A stretch of DNA of 63,059 bases, counting the filler, from Hausera hauseri (Eukaryota): the NCBI GenBank assembly GCA_046269625.1. It is 13 parts of 13 records of this genome, joined end to end, with 100 filler letters (N's around TTAATTAATTAA, not from the genome) between each part and the next. Parts side by side here need not be neighbours in the genome. Positions count along the whole stretch, not along the records: positions 8,859 to 12,797 come from JBJURY010872182.1; positions 12,898 to 17,807 come from JBJURY010393590.1; positions 17,908 to 22,051 come from JBJURY010736877.1; positions 22,152 to 27,442 come from JBJURY010289059.1; 9 more parts are not named here. The stretch is one strand, 5' to 3'. Shown here piece by piece: positions 12,544-25,345 of the stretch (position 1 is its first letter; each line of letters starts with the position of its first letter). The notes under the pieces were generated by a model. That model made no database searches. It was not told the origin of the DNA and saw nothing but the letters and a program-made list of their open reading frames with translations. Made by a program: the position numbers and the translations under genes.

Positions 12544-12897
12544 ACTGTACATGCCTTTGTGTAAAGTATTTCTAAACAGAGTTCATCTTTTTGACATGTA
12601 ATAAAAGTTATTAATTCATGACAGTAATGCCTTTTGTCTGTGTACTAGTTCTATCAAAATGCAACAGTCAGTGATACGTTTTATTGTGTTTGTTTCAACA
12701 AGAGCTGATGCTCAATGACTGTGGATCAAAGACAAGATTACGTTTCTTAGGGTGGCAGCGAAAGCTTCCTGCCAGGGGCATGCATAGTAAAGATGTANNN
12801 NNNNNNNNNNNNNNNNNNNNNNNNNNNNNNNNNNNNNNNNNTTAATTAATTAANNNNNNNNNNNNNNNNNNNNNNNNNNNNNNNNNNNNNNNNNNNN

Positions 12898-13108
12898 ACT
12901 AAGTCCAAACCTCCAGGACCACCGCCCACCCTTCACTCTCACCCAGGCCCACCTACAGTGCACCATGTCCGGCCTGGACTCAGATCCAGGTCCGGTCTCG
13001 GCCCCGGTTCTAAGTCCACCTCGGTTTTTGCACTAAGTCCAAACCTCCAGGACCACCGCCCACCCTTCACTCTCACCCAGGCCCACCTACAGTGCACCAT
13101 GTCCGGCC
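12898..13108. repeat. 134-bp-period tandem repeat collapsed at the contig start
   Basis: 12898-12974 is identical to 13032-13108 (exactly 77 nt). Confidence 0.9.
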
Positions 13109-13196
13109 AGTCTCCATGGTCCTGGTCCCTCTATAAGGGAGGAAAAAAAAGATTAAATGGGAAATACAGGGACAGACACGCGGACAATGTCTGCCC

Positions 13197-13370
13197 CTGA
13201 GCCGGGGACAACTTATCATTACACTACCTAACTCGTTTACGGGACACTGGCCACACCTGAGCCAGTGACAACCGGCCATAGGACACTCTAACTCGGTTAC
13301 GGGACACTGGCCACACCTGAGCCAGTGACAACCGCCCATAGGACACCCTAACTCGTTGACGGGACAATGT
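13197..13370. repeat. About 3 copies of a 60-bp tandem repeat
   Basis: Units CTGAGCC...TAACTCG..TACGGGACAC start at 13197, 13257 and 13317. Confidence 0.9.
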
Positions 13371-13713
13371 ACGCAACCGCGGAGGAGGGACGATTGCCGC
13401 AAAAAGTCAAAACTCTCTAAGTAGGGTAAGGGTTTTTACGGCCATTGGCCCTGTGTACAGGGCACATGCAGGGAATTAGGAGGTATATGAGACACCTGTG
13501 GCCGCTGCAGTTCGGGGGGGTAAGTGAGTTACCCAGCAGCGTCCCTGACCAATGGGTAAACGCGGTTGATTAGGGCCAACGGGCAGCTGCACACGCTGCA
13601 GCTCCCATTTTGACAACGTTTGCGGGGTGACGGGAGGTAAGTCTTTGCCGGGAAACTTTTTTTATGGATCTGACTTAGATTTTTAATTAATTTTTATGTT
13701 GTCTTACACTTAG

Positions 13714-15490
13714 ATGCCCTCAGCTTCTGCCGATCTTTGCCCGCTTTGCCACGTGACCTACGCAGCCATGTCGAGCCACCTGAGGCGGACACATGATATC
13801 GGGAACCCGCAGGAGCGGAGGCTTTTACTCAACTTAGCCTCCGGAAGAGTCAACATTCGCAACTCCCCGTGCCCCGTGGAGGCCTGCAGCTACACCCAGG
13901 GCCGTCTAGACAAGCATTTGGTCACAGGTCATCCAGAGCTAAGCGAGACGGTCAGAACATCGGTGCTCCAGAAGGTAAGAAGAGATGTGACCATGGAACT
14001 GATCCGGGAGATCAGGCGGACTTACACCAGCGCTCCGGGGCCTTCATCCGTCTGCGTGGAGGAAGTTGGGCCCGCATCAGATGGAGCCACCAGGCCGGGA
14101 GAAGAGGGGGACCTGGGGCTGGGAGATGGGGCAGCTGCTGGGCCTGGAGAAGACGGTGACCCAGGGCTCTTGGATGAGGGGGCCGAAGCATCGACTGTAC
14201 TGTTCGACGTCTGGCAGCCCCCAGAGGCCCTACCGGGCGCGGTGGTCCCACTCCCGGAGGAAGTTACGTCCTTCCTCCGCGACTTCAGGAGGTTTTTCAA
14301 CGGAGGGAACCCAGATGCAAAGCTCAAAGAAAATACTAAATCCAAAGCGAACCGGGTGAGAGGGTTCCTTCACTACATGGCCCGCGATCGCACCGACCTG
14401 GACACCTGGCTCTTCCTGGATAATGTAGAGCGGATCCAGAAGTGGCCGAGCGGGCTGACCGAAGCCCGAAAATCCATCACTACCGTCGGCGTGTACCTGA
14501 AGAATGTCCTCCAGTTCATGGACTATTTCATGGAGACCCCACCGCCGACGTGTCGCCTCACCCGAAAACAGCAGCGTACGGTGAGACGGGCCTTGTCCAG
14601 ATGCCTCAGGGGGATCAGCAGAGACATTGTCACCCACCAGATCCAGGTGAAGGAGGCAAAGGCAGTTCGGGCCCCATCAGCTAGGGACCTGGCCGCCTGC
14701 AGAGAGATGGCCCGGACCAAGATCCCCGAGATACTGGGTAAGAGATCCACCACCCAGATACACTTAGCTCACTTTGAATTTGTCCTTGAACCTGTTTGCT
14801 CTCTCCCCACCTCACAGATATGCTGGAGGAACTGGATGGAGACCTCCAGCCCCTCAGATTTCGGTTCTATGGGTACCTGGCCGTCTACATCGCTTCAATT
14901 TACGGGCATCGCACGGGCGTGCTTGCCAACATGACAGTGGACGAGGTGGAGGCCGCAAAAGAGGCGTCAGGTGACGGCTCTCACGGCTTCCTGATCAACG
15001 TAGGTATACTGAAAACAAGCATGCGAACCCAGCTGGTTCACCCTTCTCTGACCCAGCTGCTCTGCTCCAGCAGGTCAAGCAACACAAAACTAGGAGGGCC
15101 TTCGGCATGGCACAGATCTACCTCACCCAGCAGGAGTTCACCTGGATGGAGAGGTGGCTCCAGCTCCGGGAGAAGCTGGAGGAGACTGACAACAGATTCT
15201 TCACAACCGGGGCCGAGACCAATGGAAAGACCCTCCTCACCTCCCTCCGAACCGTGTGGGATGAGATGGGCCTGCCTGGGAGACCGACCTTCACCGACAT
15301 CCGGACATCCGTGGCAACCGCCGCGAGGGACTTCCACTCCCACGACAACAGAATTCGCCTTGCCCGCTTCATGTGTCATGACACGGCCACTTCGGACAGG
15401 TTCTACGCCCTCCACCTGACCACGGATCAGTGTAGATCCATAAGAGAGCTGTTCGAGCAGCCGGGCAGAACCTCCGCAGAATCTTCCTGA
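13714..15490 (+). CDS. Intact three-exon tyrosine recombinase (Crypton-like), 540 aa, with N-terminal zinc-binding motifs
   Basis: Exons 13714-14737, 14818-14999 and 15074-15490 total 1623 nt; introns are GT-AG. Catalytic-type residues in order: YGHR, HKT, TDIR, FMCH, RFY. N-terminal CPLC...H...H and CPVEAC...H...H. A 5'UTR intron spans 13637-13713 and AATAAA lies at 15505-15510. Confidence 0.85.
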
Positions 15491-15629
15491 ATGTTTTCCC
15501 ATCCAATAAACATGTTCAAATCATAATCCGTGTTTCAAGCTGTTTATTTCGGTGAACTTGGCCGACACTGGCGCCTTTTCTCCGGGAAGTGTGACCCTGG
15601 TCCAGGGGGATCAGGTTGAAAGCACCAAT

Positions 15630-16685
15630 CAAGACGAGCCTGGAAGCGGACCAGCAAGTGCGCAGGAACCTACCTCCCGTGCGCCGACCCAGTGGGCCGG
15701 GGCCGGAGGAGGCCCTGCGAGGCCAGCCGCGCCATCCAGACGCGCCATCCATCCGAAAAGGTGGGGCTCACCAGTCCCGCGCGGGCGTGGTCGAGCCTGG
15801 AAGTGAACCGGCAGGTGCGCAGGAAACCGTCTCCCGTACGCCGACCGTGTGGGCCGGGGCCGGAGGGGTCCCTGCGAGGCCGTTCTGGTTAACAATCGAT
15901 CAGTTTTTTTTTTTTTTTCAGGGCGGGTTGGTGGAGCTCCAGAACCGGGCATTCGGTGGAAAGATCACGGCTCCAGACCCTCAGAAAACGGATTCGCGGT
16001 GCTCCAGAACGGGCGCACGAGGACCACAGCGGCTCCCGGACGCCCGGAAACCCACCCAAAGCGCAAAAACCACAACCGAGTAATTGCGCACCTCGACCCG
16101 ACCCAGAGAACCACAAAAACCGCAACCGATAAGGTCAAAACCGCCAAAAACCGCTTATGGAAGAACCGGGAGGGCCGCCGACCCCTCAAAACCACCCAGA
16201 CCGGAGTGAAAGCTCTACCCGGGGTGCACGCCCACGTCGCCTGGGGCCCTGGGGCTCCATGCGCCGGAGGGGCGCGCACCACACAAACCGTCCAGACAGA
16301 GGAGTCTCCACCCGGACCAGGCCCTGACGCGCGTCCGTCGCCGCGCAGCCCGGGAGTGAACCCGGCCGAAGGAGGAGGGGGAAGGAAAGACGGCCGGGGG
16401 AGAACGGAAGGCCGAAGCCGCCCGCCTCCTTCCGGCAGAACTCCAACCCCCGTCCCCAGGACGGCCGGGCTTCCCGGGAGTCGACGACGGGCCGCGCGCT
16501 TCGGTACCCGGTCCGAGCGCGGACTTGGTAGGGACAGACCGGAGCGCTCGCCCCGTAACCCCGCGGGGTTCCAGTGCCAGGCGCTCCTGCCCGCGGACGG
16601 CGAAATGACACAGGGCGCGCTCACGTCGCCTGGGGCCCTGAGGCTCCATGCGCCGGAGGGGCGCGCCCCACAACAAACCATCCGC
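15630..16685. repeat. Two pairs of GC-rich imperfect direct repeats (~15635-15725 vs ~15792-15882; ~16232-16290 vs ~16622-16682)
   Basis: Shared GAGCCTGGAAG...GGGCCGGGGCCGGAGG...CCCTGCGAGGCC and CACGTCGCCTGGGGCCCTG.GGCTCCATGCGCCGGAGGGGCGCG. Confidence 0.8.
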
Positions 16686-17151
16686 CCGCGGACAGAGTCT
16701 TGTCCCAGAAGCCCTCAAAACCCCTCAATCCGGTCAAAATCTGGCTCCGGGTGGCAAAAAACCTCCATAAGCGATAAAAAGCGATCAAAGCGACCTTTAA
16801 CCCGGTCCAAAACGCTTTAAACCGGCCAAAATCGGGTTAAAGGGGGACCTCCGCGCTCCTCGGAGGTCCAGAGAACCATCTCCACCGGCAGCCTGGATCA
16901 TCCAGAACCAGGCCGGTACTGCCCCAGATTTAGCCCGCCTATGAGCACTCTCTCTCGGCCACGCGGCCGGGAAATAGCCCCCTGGTTCGGATCCACCCAA
17001 CCGGATTTCCCCCTGTCCGACCTCCAGGAGGGATAAGGCTGACGAGCAAGCGAAAAATTTCTAAGTCCCAGAAATTTTCTAAGTGTAGAAAATTACTGCT
17101 TACTGATATCGTGGCCAAACGTGTCTGCGTCGGGCAGCGTAACCTCCCCAC

Positions 17152-17340
17152 CTAAGATTTTCCCCACCCTCGCAGGCACACCTTGCCTGCCGCATGGGCA
17201 CCCACCCGGCTGCGCAGGATGGAGAAATGCACTAAGTTTTTGCCCACCATTTCAGGCACGCCTTGCCTGCCGCATGGGCACCCACCCGGCTGTGCAGGAT
17301 GGAGAAATAAACTAAGTTTTTCCCCACCATCGCAGGAAAA
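17152..17340. repeat. 80-bp tandem repeat (~2.3 copies)
   Basis: CTAAG-initiated units at 17152, 17232 and 17312. Confidence 0.9.
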
Positions 17341-17431
17341 CACTGCCTGCAGCACCCAGGAGGGGTTTTTGAGCCCCTGGATCCGAATTTTGAGCCTTTT
17401 CTTCGGCTTTCATGGCTGGATCTCTCCCTTA

Positions 17432-17807
17432 TATCACCCTGATGGAGGGCATGCAGAGTTTATGGGGAGATTTTACTCTTTTTTGGGTGAAAACACCTCC
17501 GGAGTGCTGCTCCAGCACCTCCCGGGAAAAGTGAGTGCTGAAGGCGGGGTGACAATTCCTCCTCACTGGATGGCTTCCTTTTATCACCCTGATGGAGGGC
17601 ATGCAGAGTTTATGGGGAGATTTTACTCTTTTTTGGGTGAAAACACCTCCGGAGTGCTGCTCCAGCACCTCCCGGGAAAAGTGAGTGCTGAAGGCGGGGT
17701 GACAATTCCTCCTCACTGGATGGCTTCCTTTTATCACCCTGATGGAGGGCATGCAGAGTTTATGGGGAGATTTTACTCTTTTTTGGGTGAAAACACCTCC
17801 GGAGTGC
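17432..17807. repeat. 150-bp near-perfect tandem repeat (at least 2.5 copies) running off the contig end
   Basis: TATCACCCTGATGGAGGG at 17432, 17582 and 17732. Confidence 0.95.
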
Positions 17808-17907
17808 NNNNNNNNNNNNNNNNNNNNNNNNNNNNNNNNNNNNNNNNNNNNTTAATTAATTAANNNNNNNNNNNNNNNNNNNNNNNNNNNNNNNNNNNNN
17901 NNNNNNN

Positions 17908-20820
17908 TCGTAGACAGGCCGTAGAAGCCGAATTTCTTGAACTAGAACGCTCCGGCATTGTACGCCGTTCCAAATCTCCTTGGTCGTCAACTTTACACGT
18001 TGTACAAAAAATGACGGTACTTTTAGACCAGGCGGTGACTACTGATAATTGAACGACTTGACCATCTTGGATGCGTACCCTCTGCCACTCATCAAGGACA
18101 TCCTGCATCGCCTTAATTCAACTACCATTTATTTGACCATCGATTTGGCCTTTACGAGTACCTGTTTATGCTTTTCGATTTGCAAAATGCCGCACAGATT
18201 TCTCAGTGACACATTGATTCGATTCTCTTAGATATCTCGTTTCCGCACCCTTACATTGATGATATTCTGATCGTTTCGTCTTCGGCCAAACAACACGAGG
18301 AACAACTTTGTGTTATATTTCAACACCTTCACCACCACAATCTCCAAGTCAATTTTGACAAATGCCATTTCTTCAAAAAACGCATCAACTTTTTGGGCCA
18401 CGTTATTTCACCAGATGGTCACTTTCCCCAACCAAACCGAGTTGAAGCCCTTAAGAATATCCAGTTACCACGTACGACCACCGAAATGCGAAGCTTCCTC
18501 AGTACACTACACTTTGCACATAAATATGTACCATACTGCTCCGAATTGACTGCACCATTTGCACACTTAAGTGGCGGCAAAACATCAGCCAATTCAGTGG
18601 ACACCTGCATTGGTTGACAAGTTTGATAAGCTACGCGAACGAATTAAGACCATCGATATTCTCGCTTTCCCCAAGCCTGACGCGGAACTCATCCTTGCAA
18701 CAGACGCTTCAGCCACGGCAGTAGGTTCTGTGATTCACCAAATCCACAAAAGAGAAAATCAACCGCTAGAATTTTTCTCTCACAAACTAACATCCCCTGA
18801 AACCAGATATTCAACGTTCGATCGAGAATTATTGGCCATCGTCCTTGCTTTAAAGCATTTCTCCCACCTACTTATCGCTCGCCATTTTACTATACAGACC
18901 GATCAGAAGCCCTTACTTAACATCATGGCTATGAAGCGTCCTTCTGCACGCCAAGAACGACAGATATCATACTTGTCGACATTTAATTTCAATATAAAAC
19001 ATTAACGGGGTTAATAATTTGGTTGCCGATTTTTTATCTAAATCGGTTAGTTCGATTAATTTTCACCAATATTTACTCAAGCACAACTTCAACAGAACCA
19101 GCCACCTCAGCACATGCTTAATTCTTTCAAGTCTTGCACAATTGTTGACGGTGTGGCTTTAGACACTTCAAAACCAGGTCATTCCTTAATAATCTTTGCA
19201 CCACCGTTGCAAAGGCAAGCATTTAATAGTGTACATTCGCTACAGCACCGTGATGCTAAAGCCACTTTTCGTTTATTCCACCGACAAGTAGTTTTGCCGT
19301 CAATGCGTTCTGATGTGCAGGCATGCGTTAAGGAGTATCTGGCTTGCCAAAAGTGTAAAAAAACTACGCATTTAAAGCCACCATTATTCCACTTTCCCTG
19401 CACATCGCGTTTTGAATCCATGCATGTTTACATTGTCGGCCCTCTTCCTCCAGACAACGGCCATCAATTCATTCTCACCATCATGGACCGTTCCTCGCGA
19501 TGGTCAGAAGCCATCCCTCTGCGGCGAACAAATATCGACATTATAGCTGACGTTTTCATTCGTACATGGTTTAGCAGGTTTGGATCACCTCATTTCATCA
19601 TCACGGATTAGGGTCCACAGTTTGAATCCAACCTGTTCAAATTCCCTGTTAACCGATTGGGGATCCACCACATACATACTGCGCCTTATCACCCCCAATG
19701 GAATTGCTTTTTAGAACGTTTCCACCGAACATTGAAAACGTCACTAAGATTTCTTGCAGAGTCCAACAATGGTTGGACAAATCTTCTTCCTTTTGTTCTG
19801 CTTGGCTGGTGGAACCCTTCGTCTACTTCTACAGAATGCTCACCTACTGAAGCCTTATTCGGAGCTCCTGTGCAATCATTATTCGAACTAACTGACCTAG
19901 ACGACACTCGTAAAGATAAAACTATATGGGCGGCGCAAAATCGCTTTGTTACGGTCAGCAAAGATTCGTTCTGCGGGGTACTTCATAAAGGCAAAACATA
20001 TTTACCCAAAGATTTCTATTCAGCAAAATTTGTATGGCTAAAGAATCAAACGCCGTGCGGCTTCCAACAGCGGTATCTGGGGCCATATAAACTGATATAG
20101 CTGCATTCACATAATGCTATTATCTCTAAAGACGGCAACGAACTTACAGTACATATTACCAACTTAAAGCCCACCTTCTTTGTCGACGACACTTCACCAA
20201 TCGACACGTCAATCTCTTTTCTCACTCCTACATTTCCTGCTGTTCCTTTATCTGTTGATACACCAGTTTCACCTCCTCCTTCTGCTCCTAGTTCTGCTTC
20301 ATCATTTTCCACACCTTCTACTTCTATTCCTATCTCTCTTCCTTTCTCTACCACTCCCTCTGTCTTATTTTCTACTTCTACTCTTTAGCCTAACACAATT
20401 CCAATTTCTACTTCAATTTTCGTCTCTTCTTCTTCATCCGCAAGTTTATCTTTTGTCACTCCTTCGTCTTCCAACACTCTCTTGAATACCTTTAACCATC
20501 CGTTTCCAACAATCTCTCTCCCTCCTTCACCTTCTTCTTCTCTTCATTCTGACTCGTCTTCGCACGACACAATACTCACAACAAAATGTGACAATTTTTC
20601 CTCAACTTAAAACTCTGAAAGCAAACACACCGCATAAAGACAAAACACGCAGAGTCACCTTTAGCATGTATAGCAGGGAAAAATCAGTAGAAAGCACCCA
20701 ACGTCTTGTTCACACTAAGACCAGCTGACACAGACACTTTTTTGTTTGGCGAATTTTTTCTTTCTGCCTATTTTACTCTTTATAGTTTTACCCTTGTTAC
20801 GGGGGGGTGATATGGTGGCC
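17908..20820 (+). mobile_element. Degenerate Gypsy element (RT, RNase H, integrase, S/T/P-rich tail, PPT), related to the element at 32331-37892
   Basis: SKSPWSS.LH.V, DAYPLP, YIDDIL, TDASATAVG, YSTFDRELLA, IVGPLP, HTAPYHPQ, ERFHRTLK. PPT G-run at 20801-20807. Confidence 0.93.
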
Positions 20821-23724
20821 ACCACGGCCGGTGCCCTTTGCCCCATTTGGTTGGGGGCGACCGGGCGTCCGTTGTCGCTGCGTCGGATCAATAGTCGAGT
20901 CCGACTCTCCACGTTGAGAATTTTAGCCTAAATAGGAACTAGATGATGATGAAGACAACAATTTTGAGTTAACTCCGTCCATAATTACACAATCTAAGAA
21001 TGTTCAAGTTTCTAATATTTCTTTAGCCAGTCCTCCCGTTCCATTTTATAATAAAACAGCTGTTTTTCCTAAACCTCTTATTCAGTCGACAGGTGTTCGA
21101 CGAACTATACACTTAGAAAACACACCTCTCTTCCAAGCACAAAATGCTCAACACAATACAAATAAGATACTATCAATCATTTTCCAACACCACCTAAAGT
21201 AGTACCACTTATCTACAAATCTCCATTAAATACTGTTGTTACGACCAATCCAAGTATCACTCTTCATTTTACAACGAATAACTTGGTGTCGGTGCTTCCG
21301 ATCAATTACGGCGTTATTAGCAATGCGAATTCGAACCCGTTAAACATTAAAAATTGAGAATCGAAAATGGCGTCACAATTTTTTTACCGGCAATACCATT
21401 AACTTTCGTGAAATGCTTTGTCCAAGTCGAAAAATCCCACAGCCAATCATCTCCATTCCTGTATGCACTGCCGTTAACACTGTCACCGCAAAGCCCATCA
21501 CAATTCCTAGCGTTGTTCAGTCAAATACTGTCAATTCGCAGAAAACCCCTGATAAAATCTCAAATCAAACTCCCCCAAAAGGTTGGAGTGTTGTGTTGAA
21601 AAGCATTTTTGATGGGTGCGATAGCTGATAGTGATCTTTGTAATTCGAAGAAATCGTCTAATTGAGCCTCTAAATACCTCGGTGTTACTTCTACTGTAAA
21701 AGACAGTTAAATTAAATGGCAAGTTGGGGGAACTATCGTTACTAGTCAACAGAATTTTCTGCAAACCGACTCACCAACGAAAGAAATAAAATCAACTTCA
21801 TCATCAGAAAATATGTCGTCGAACAATTGATTATTACATCTGATACTTTTGCAATTCTTTTACTGCACCCTCAAAATTTTGACAGTATTTCTTTAGATAA
21901 AGTGTATTATTATTTTAAATGTTTTTGCGTAATTTTATAAAATTGGCAGTAACCTTTATGTGTAATATTTGTTGGTATGTGCTTTTGTGCATTGAACATT
22001 ACTTTTCTCCTGGTTATGAATATATTTCAGTTTTGATATTTTGAATTAATGNNNNNNNNNNNNNNNNNNNNNNNNNNNNNNNNNNNNNNNNNNNNTTAAT
22101 TAATTAANNNNNNNNNNNNNNNNNNNNNNNNNNNNNNNNNNNNNNNNNNNNCTCTCCATTGCAAAAGGGGAAAAAAAAAGCAATGCTGTTAGCCTTTGTT
22201 AGCATTTTCCACCTCGCCCACGTACCGTAACGTTAGCACGCAAACATGGCTGGAGTGGGTCGCCGTGGGTATTACTGTGATTATCGGTCTTCCCGTGATG
22301 CGTTTCTTTTGAAAATCTACCACACGTAGTCGATTGCAATGTTAGCAGATTGATAAATGCAGACATAGGTCAGAGGTCAGACGAACGGTGTCTGCTTTAG
22401 TACTCACTGCGTTTAAAAGTTACAGTGGGGGAGAGGTGTGAATGCATCATAGGAGTTACATGGTCCCTTATCTCTTTCAAGAAGTTTAGAGCAGAAGAGT
22501 ACATAGGTAAGCTACTTCTTAATATAAGTAATATAATGAAATAATTTCAAATTCTAGCGAAAGCAATCAGAATTTTTTCTTCAATATAATCCTGTAAAAA
22601 CTTGCCTTTGATCTAACGGTGTGATACTGGACAAATAATGTAATGTGCTAACACTTTGAAAAATGCCACGCAGCGCCACTGTTCAAACGAAAGGCTAAGT
22701 CAACACACGTTATATTGGTTATGAGCAAAACATGACCCCCATGTTCAGGCGCACATAAACCGCTGTGTAACGCATGGGCCTGACCCATAACGGAAGCCTC
22801 GTGATCTACCTAGGACTCGCGAAAGGCGCATCATTTTCGATCACAAAGGAAGAAGGAATCTTGGAAAGGAAATTGGAAGAAATAAATGAGCCTTCCTGCC
22901 GTCTCACTGGATTTCTAGTTCTCTCGCGGCAATGCTTGACCTAGTGAAAGTGATTCACCACTCAGTCGGGGTTCATCTCGATCCTTTGTCCGGTGGCCGG
23001 TATGTTTCCCTTCGGCTGCCAGGAAGTTACCACGTGGCCGTCGGCAGAGTTTCACGTGCAGTCGAGGAAGTTAAGGACGCAGCATCAACTTATTCCTTAC
23101 TGGATTTACGAACTGGCTTAGAAAAAATTTCCAAAGACCTGTATGTAGATGCACGTTTTAATGAGATTCTTGCAACAACCGGACAAAAGATCTTCATACA
23201 AGCGAAGTATGTGGAATCACGCTGTAAATGATCAATCTTCTTCAGGCCATTGATGGGAAAAGAATGCTGAATGGAAATCTGGTAGAGAACATGGGTCTTG
23301 CAGTCATAATTACGTGACAATTAGTAACGTATTCTATGGGTGCTAGAGTTTGGAATAGAGCAGTTCTGGTCATGGATTATATTATATGATGTTATTTAGC
23401 ACATACAAAATAACTACTGATTGTTGACACTCGTCGACAACAGGTCACTACAGATTTTCAAAAAAATAATACCCCGCATATGACAATGTAGTGTAGCGAT
23501 TAGATCTTGGGTTCGATTTTGGGGGAGAGAGGACTGAACTTATTTAACCAAAACGGCTCCAAGATCCACTTGGCTTCAAACAATGGGTTACAGTAAAGTC
23601 GGTCTGGCGATCTATTGAAAACATAAGTCAGATGTGGCAGTCTGTTGGTCAACGAAGAATGTGGTTAAGATTAGTTTAGTTTCGTTTAGCATAATTTAGT
23701 TTAGTTTAGTCGAACGATCAACAT

Positions 23725-24085
23725 CTTCGCACACGAATGTATATCATAAGTTCTCTGTTCTCCTCCTTTCTGGAGGATTTCACCTCAGTGCACTTACTCA
23801 GTTGCACCAGAGAGGACCATGTAGTTTGGTACATTTTCTTAGAATTTTTCCCGGACCGCGGCTGTTAGGCCTTCTCTTTTTCGATTTTCAACTGCCAAGA
23901 GATTTGTAACGCGGGCGACAATGTACACGGACGTCCGGTCTCACTACCCAGAGATCAGGGGATTTTTGTTTACTAGAAGATCCATGAGAAACAAATCTCA
24001 ATTGCTTCCATCGGGATTTGAACTCCGTAGCTCTAGCAGTCGAGGCATGATTCTTACCTCGAGACCAGACGAGACCAATGAATGT
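23725..24085 (-). mobile_element. Putative tRNA-derived SINE; body shared with 28640-28890
   Basis: Minus-strand A-box-like TGGTCTCGAGGTAAG and B-box-like GAGTTCAAATCCC. Collinear motifs match contig 7. Confidence 0.55.
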
Positions 24086-24973
24086 GGGCACTAAGGTTTT
24101 TGATAAAAAGAGAGCTGACTACAGAAATCATATATAGTCACCGTAGCGAGGTTTCACTCCTATTAGCTTGGCACTTTCTGAACAAAAGATCTGAAGATGA
24201 TTTTCTTAAATAAAAAAAAAAAAAAACAATTTAAGAAAATGTGATATCTTGCTTTGAAACTGACTACTGAAAACCATTACAACTTTGAAAGACGATGAAA
24301 AGAAATGAAACTCTGAAAGAAGTTCTGATTTCTTGCTTTGAAGCTGACTTCTGAAGAGATTATCCTAGCTAGGCGAATGAATGTCGTGACACTAGCCAAG
24401 TCCAATACCAAACATTCGTATCAGTCGACTTTTTTTCTTCTTTTTTAGCAATTTACCATTGCCAGGCAATATTGACATTCGCAATGAACACATGGGACCT
24501 AATAAGTTAAAACGAAATTACAAATAACGACATTTTTGCTAGGGGGAGAAGCAGGAGATAAAAGAACAGTCTTAAACATATAAACTGATTGTTTCGACCA
24601 ACTCTTGAAAAGGTAGTAAGAAAACGCAATTATGAACAGGCTCAAGTGTGGTATCGATATAAAAGTCATCCTGAATTGCACATTCAGAATTTCTTTGAAG
24701 TTCTGAGTCCAGCCGTCTAGGTCGACATCTGACTCGCTTGATGCGTACACTGCACACGATTATTACTATTTCTAAACCAGGGATTCTCAGCCTGTACAAA
24801 ATGACGCTCCCTTTCGAGACAGTACAATGCTTAAGGCTATTCGCGAACTCCCCAATCTCTAATCGTAGCGAGGAGCAATAGATTTCAAAATGCAATCTTA
24901 CAGATTTTTTTTTTACTTATTGCGAGAGTTACTTCCATTTCAGCAGAGGATAAACTTTAAAATAATTACAAAT

Positions 24974-25345
24974 TATCATCATCAGGTGACACGCTGTGTA
25001 GCGTAGGTTGTCTGGTGTTCTCAATCATCTCCGCTGTTGACTTACTTCACAGACATTCACTCAAACCATCCAGGCACTTCATCCTCTGTCAGCTACTACT
25101 TCTGTTTCCTGGTATTTTGCTTGTGGTGACTAAGATATCAGACGTTCTTTTCTTAAAACATGGCCAATCACAGATGTTTGTCACTTTCTGTTCTTACTAA
25201 TTTCTCCGTCTGTTTTGTGTAAAACGCCTTCATTTGTTCTATGTGCTGTCCAAAAGATTTTCAACATTCTTCTGAGAAACCATATCTCAGTTGCCTTTAA
25301 ATAATTTTCCAATTTGTTACTCAATGTCCACGATTCGCGGCCACA
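24974..25345 (-). mobile_element. RTE-clade non-LTR retrotransposon 3' fragment
   Basis: Minus-strand GRESWT...EIWFLRRMLKIFW...TNE.VL...IGHVLRKE...KIPGNRS, ending in a short (TGA)n tail. Confidence 0.75.

Noticed and set aside
13197-17807. CRISPR-like arrays
   Set aside because: Whole units repeat with no unique spacers, there are no cas genes, and the context is eukaryotic.
15516-17863. Many long overlapping ORFs (e.g. 323, 238 and 226 aa)
   Set aside because: Expected in GC-rich, repeat-built DNA with few stops; low-complexity translations with no motifs.
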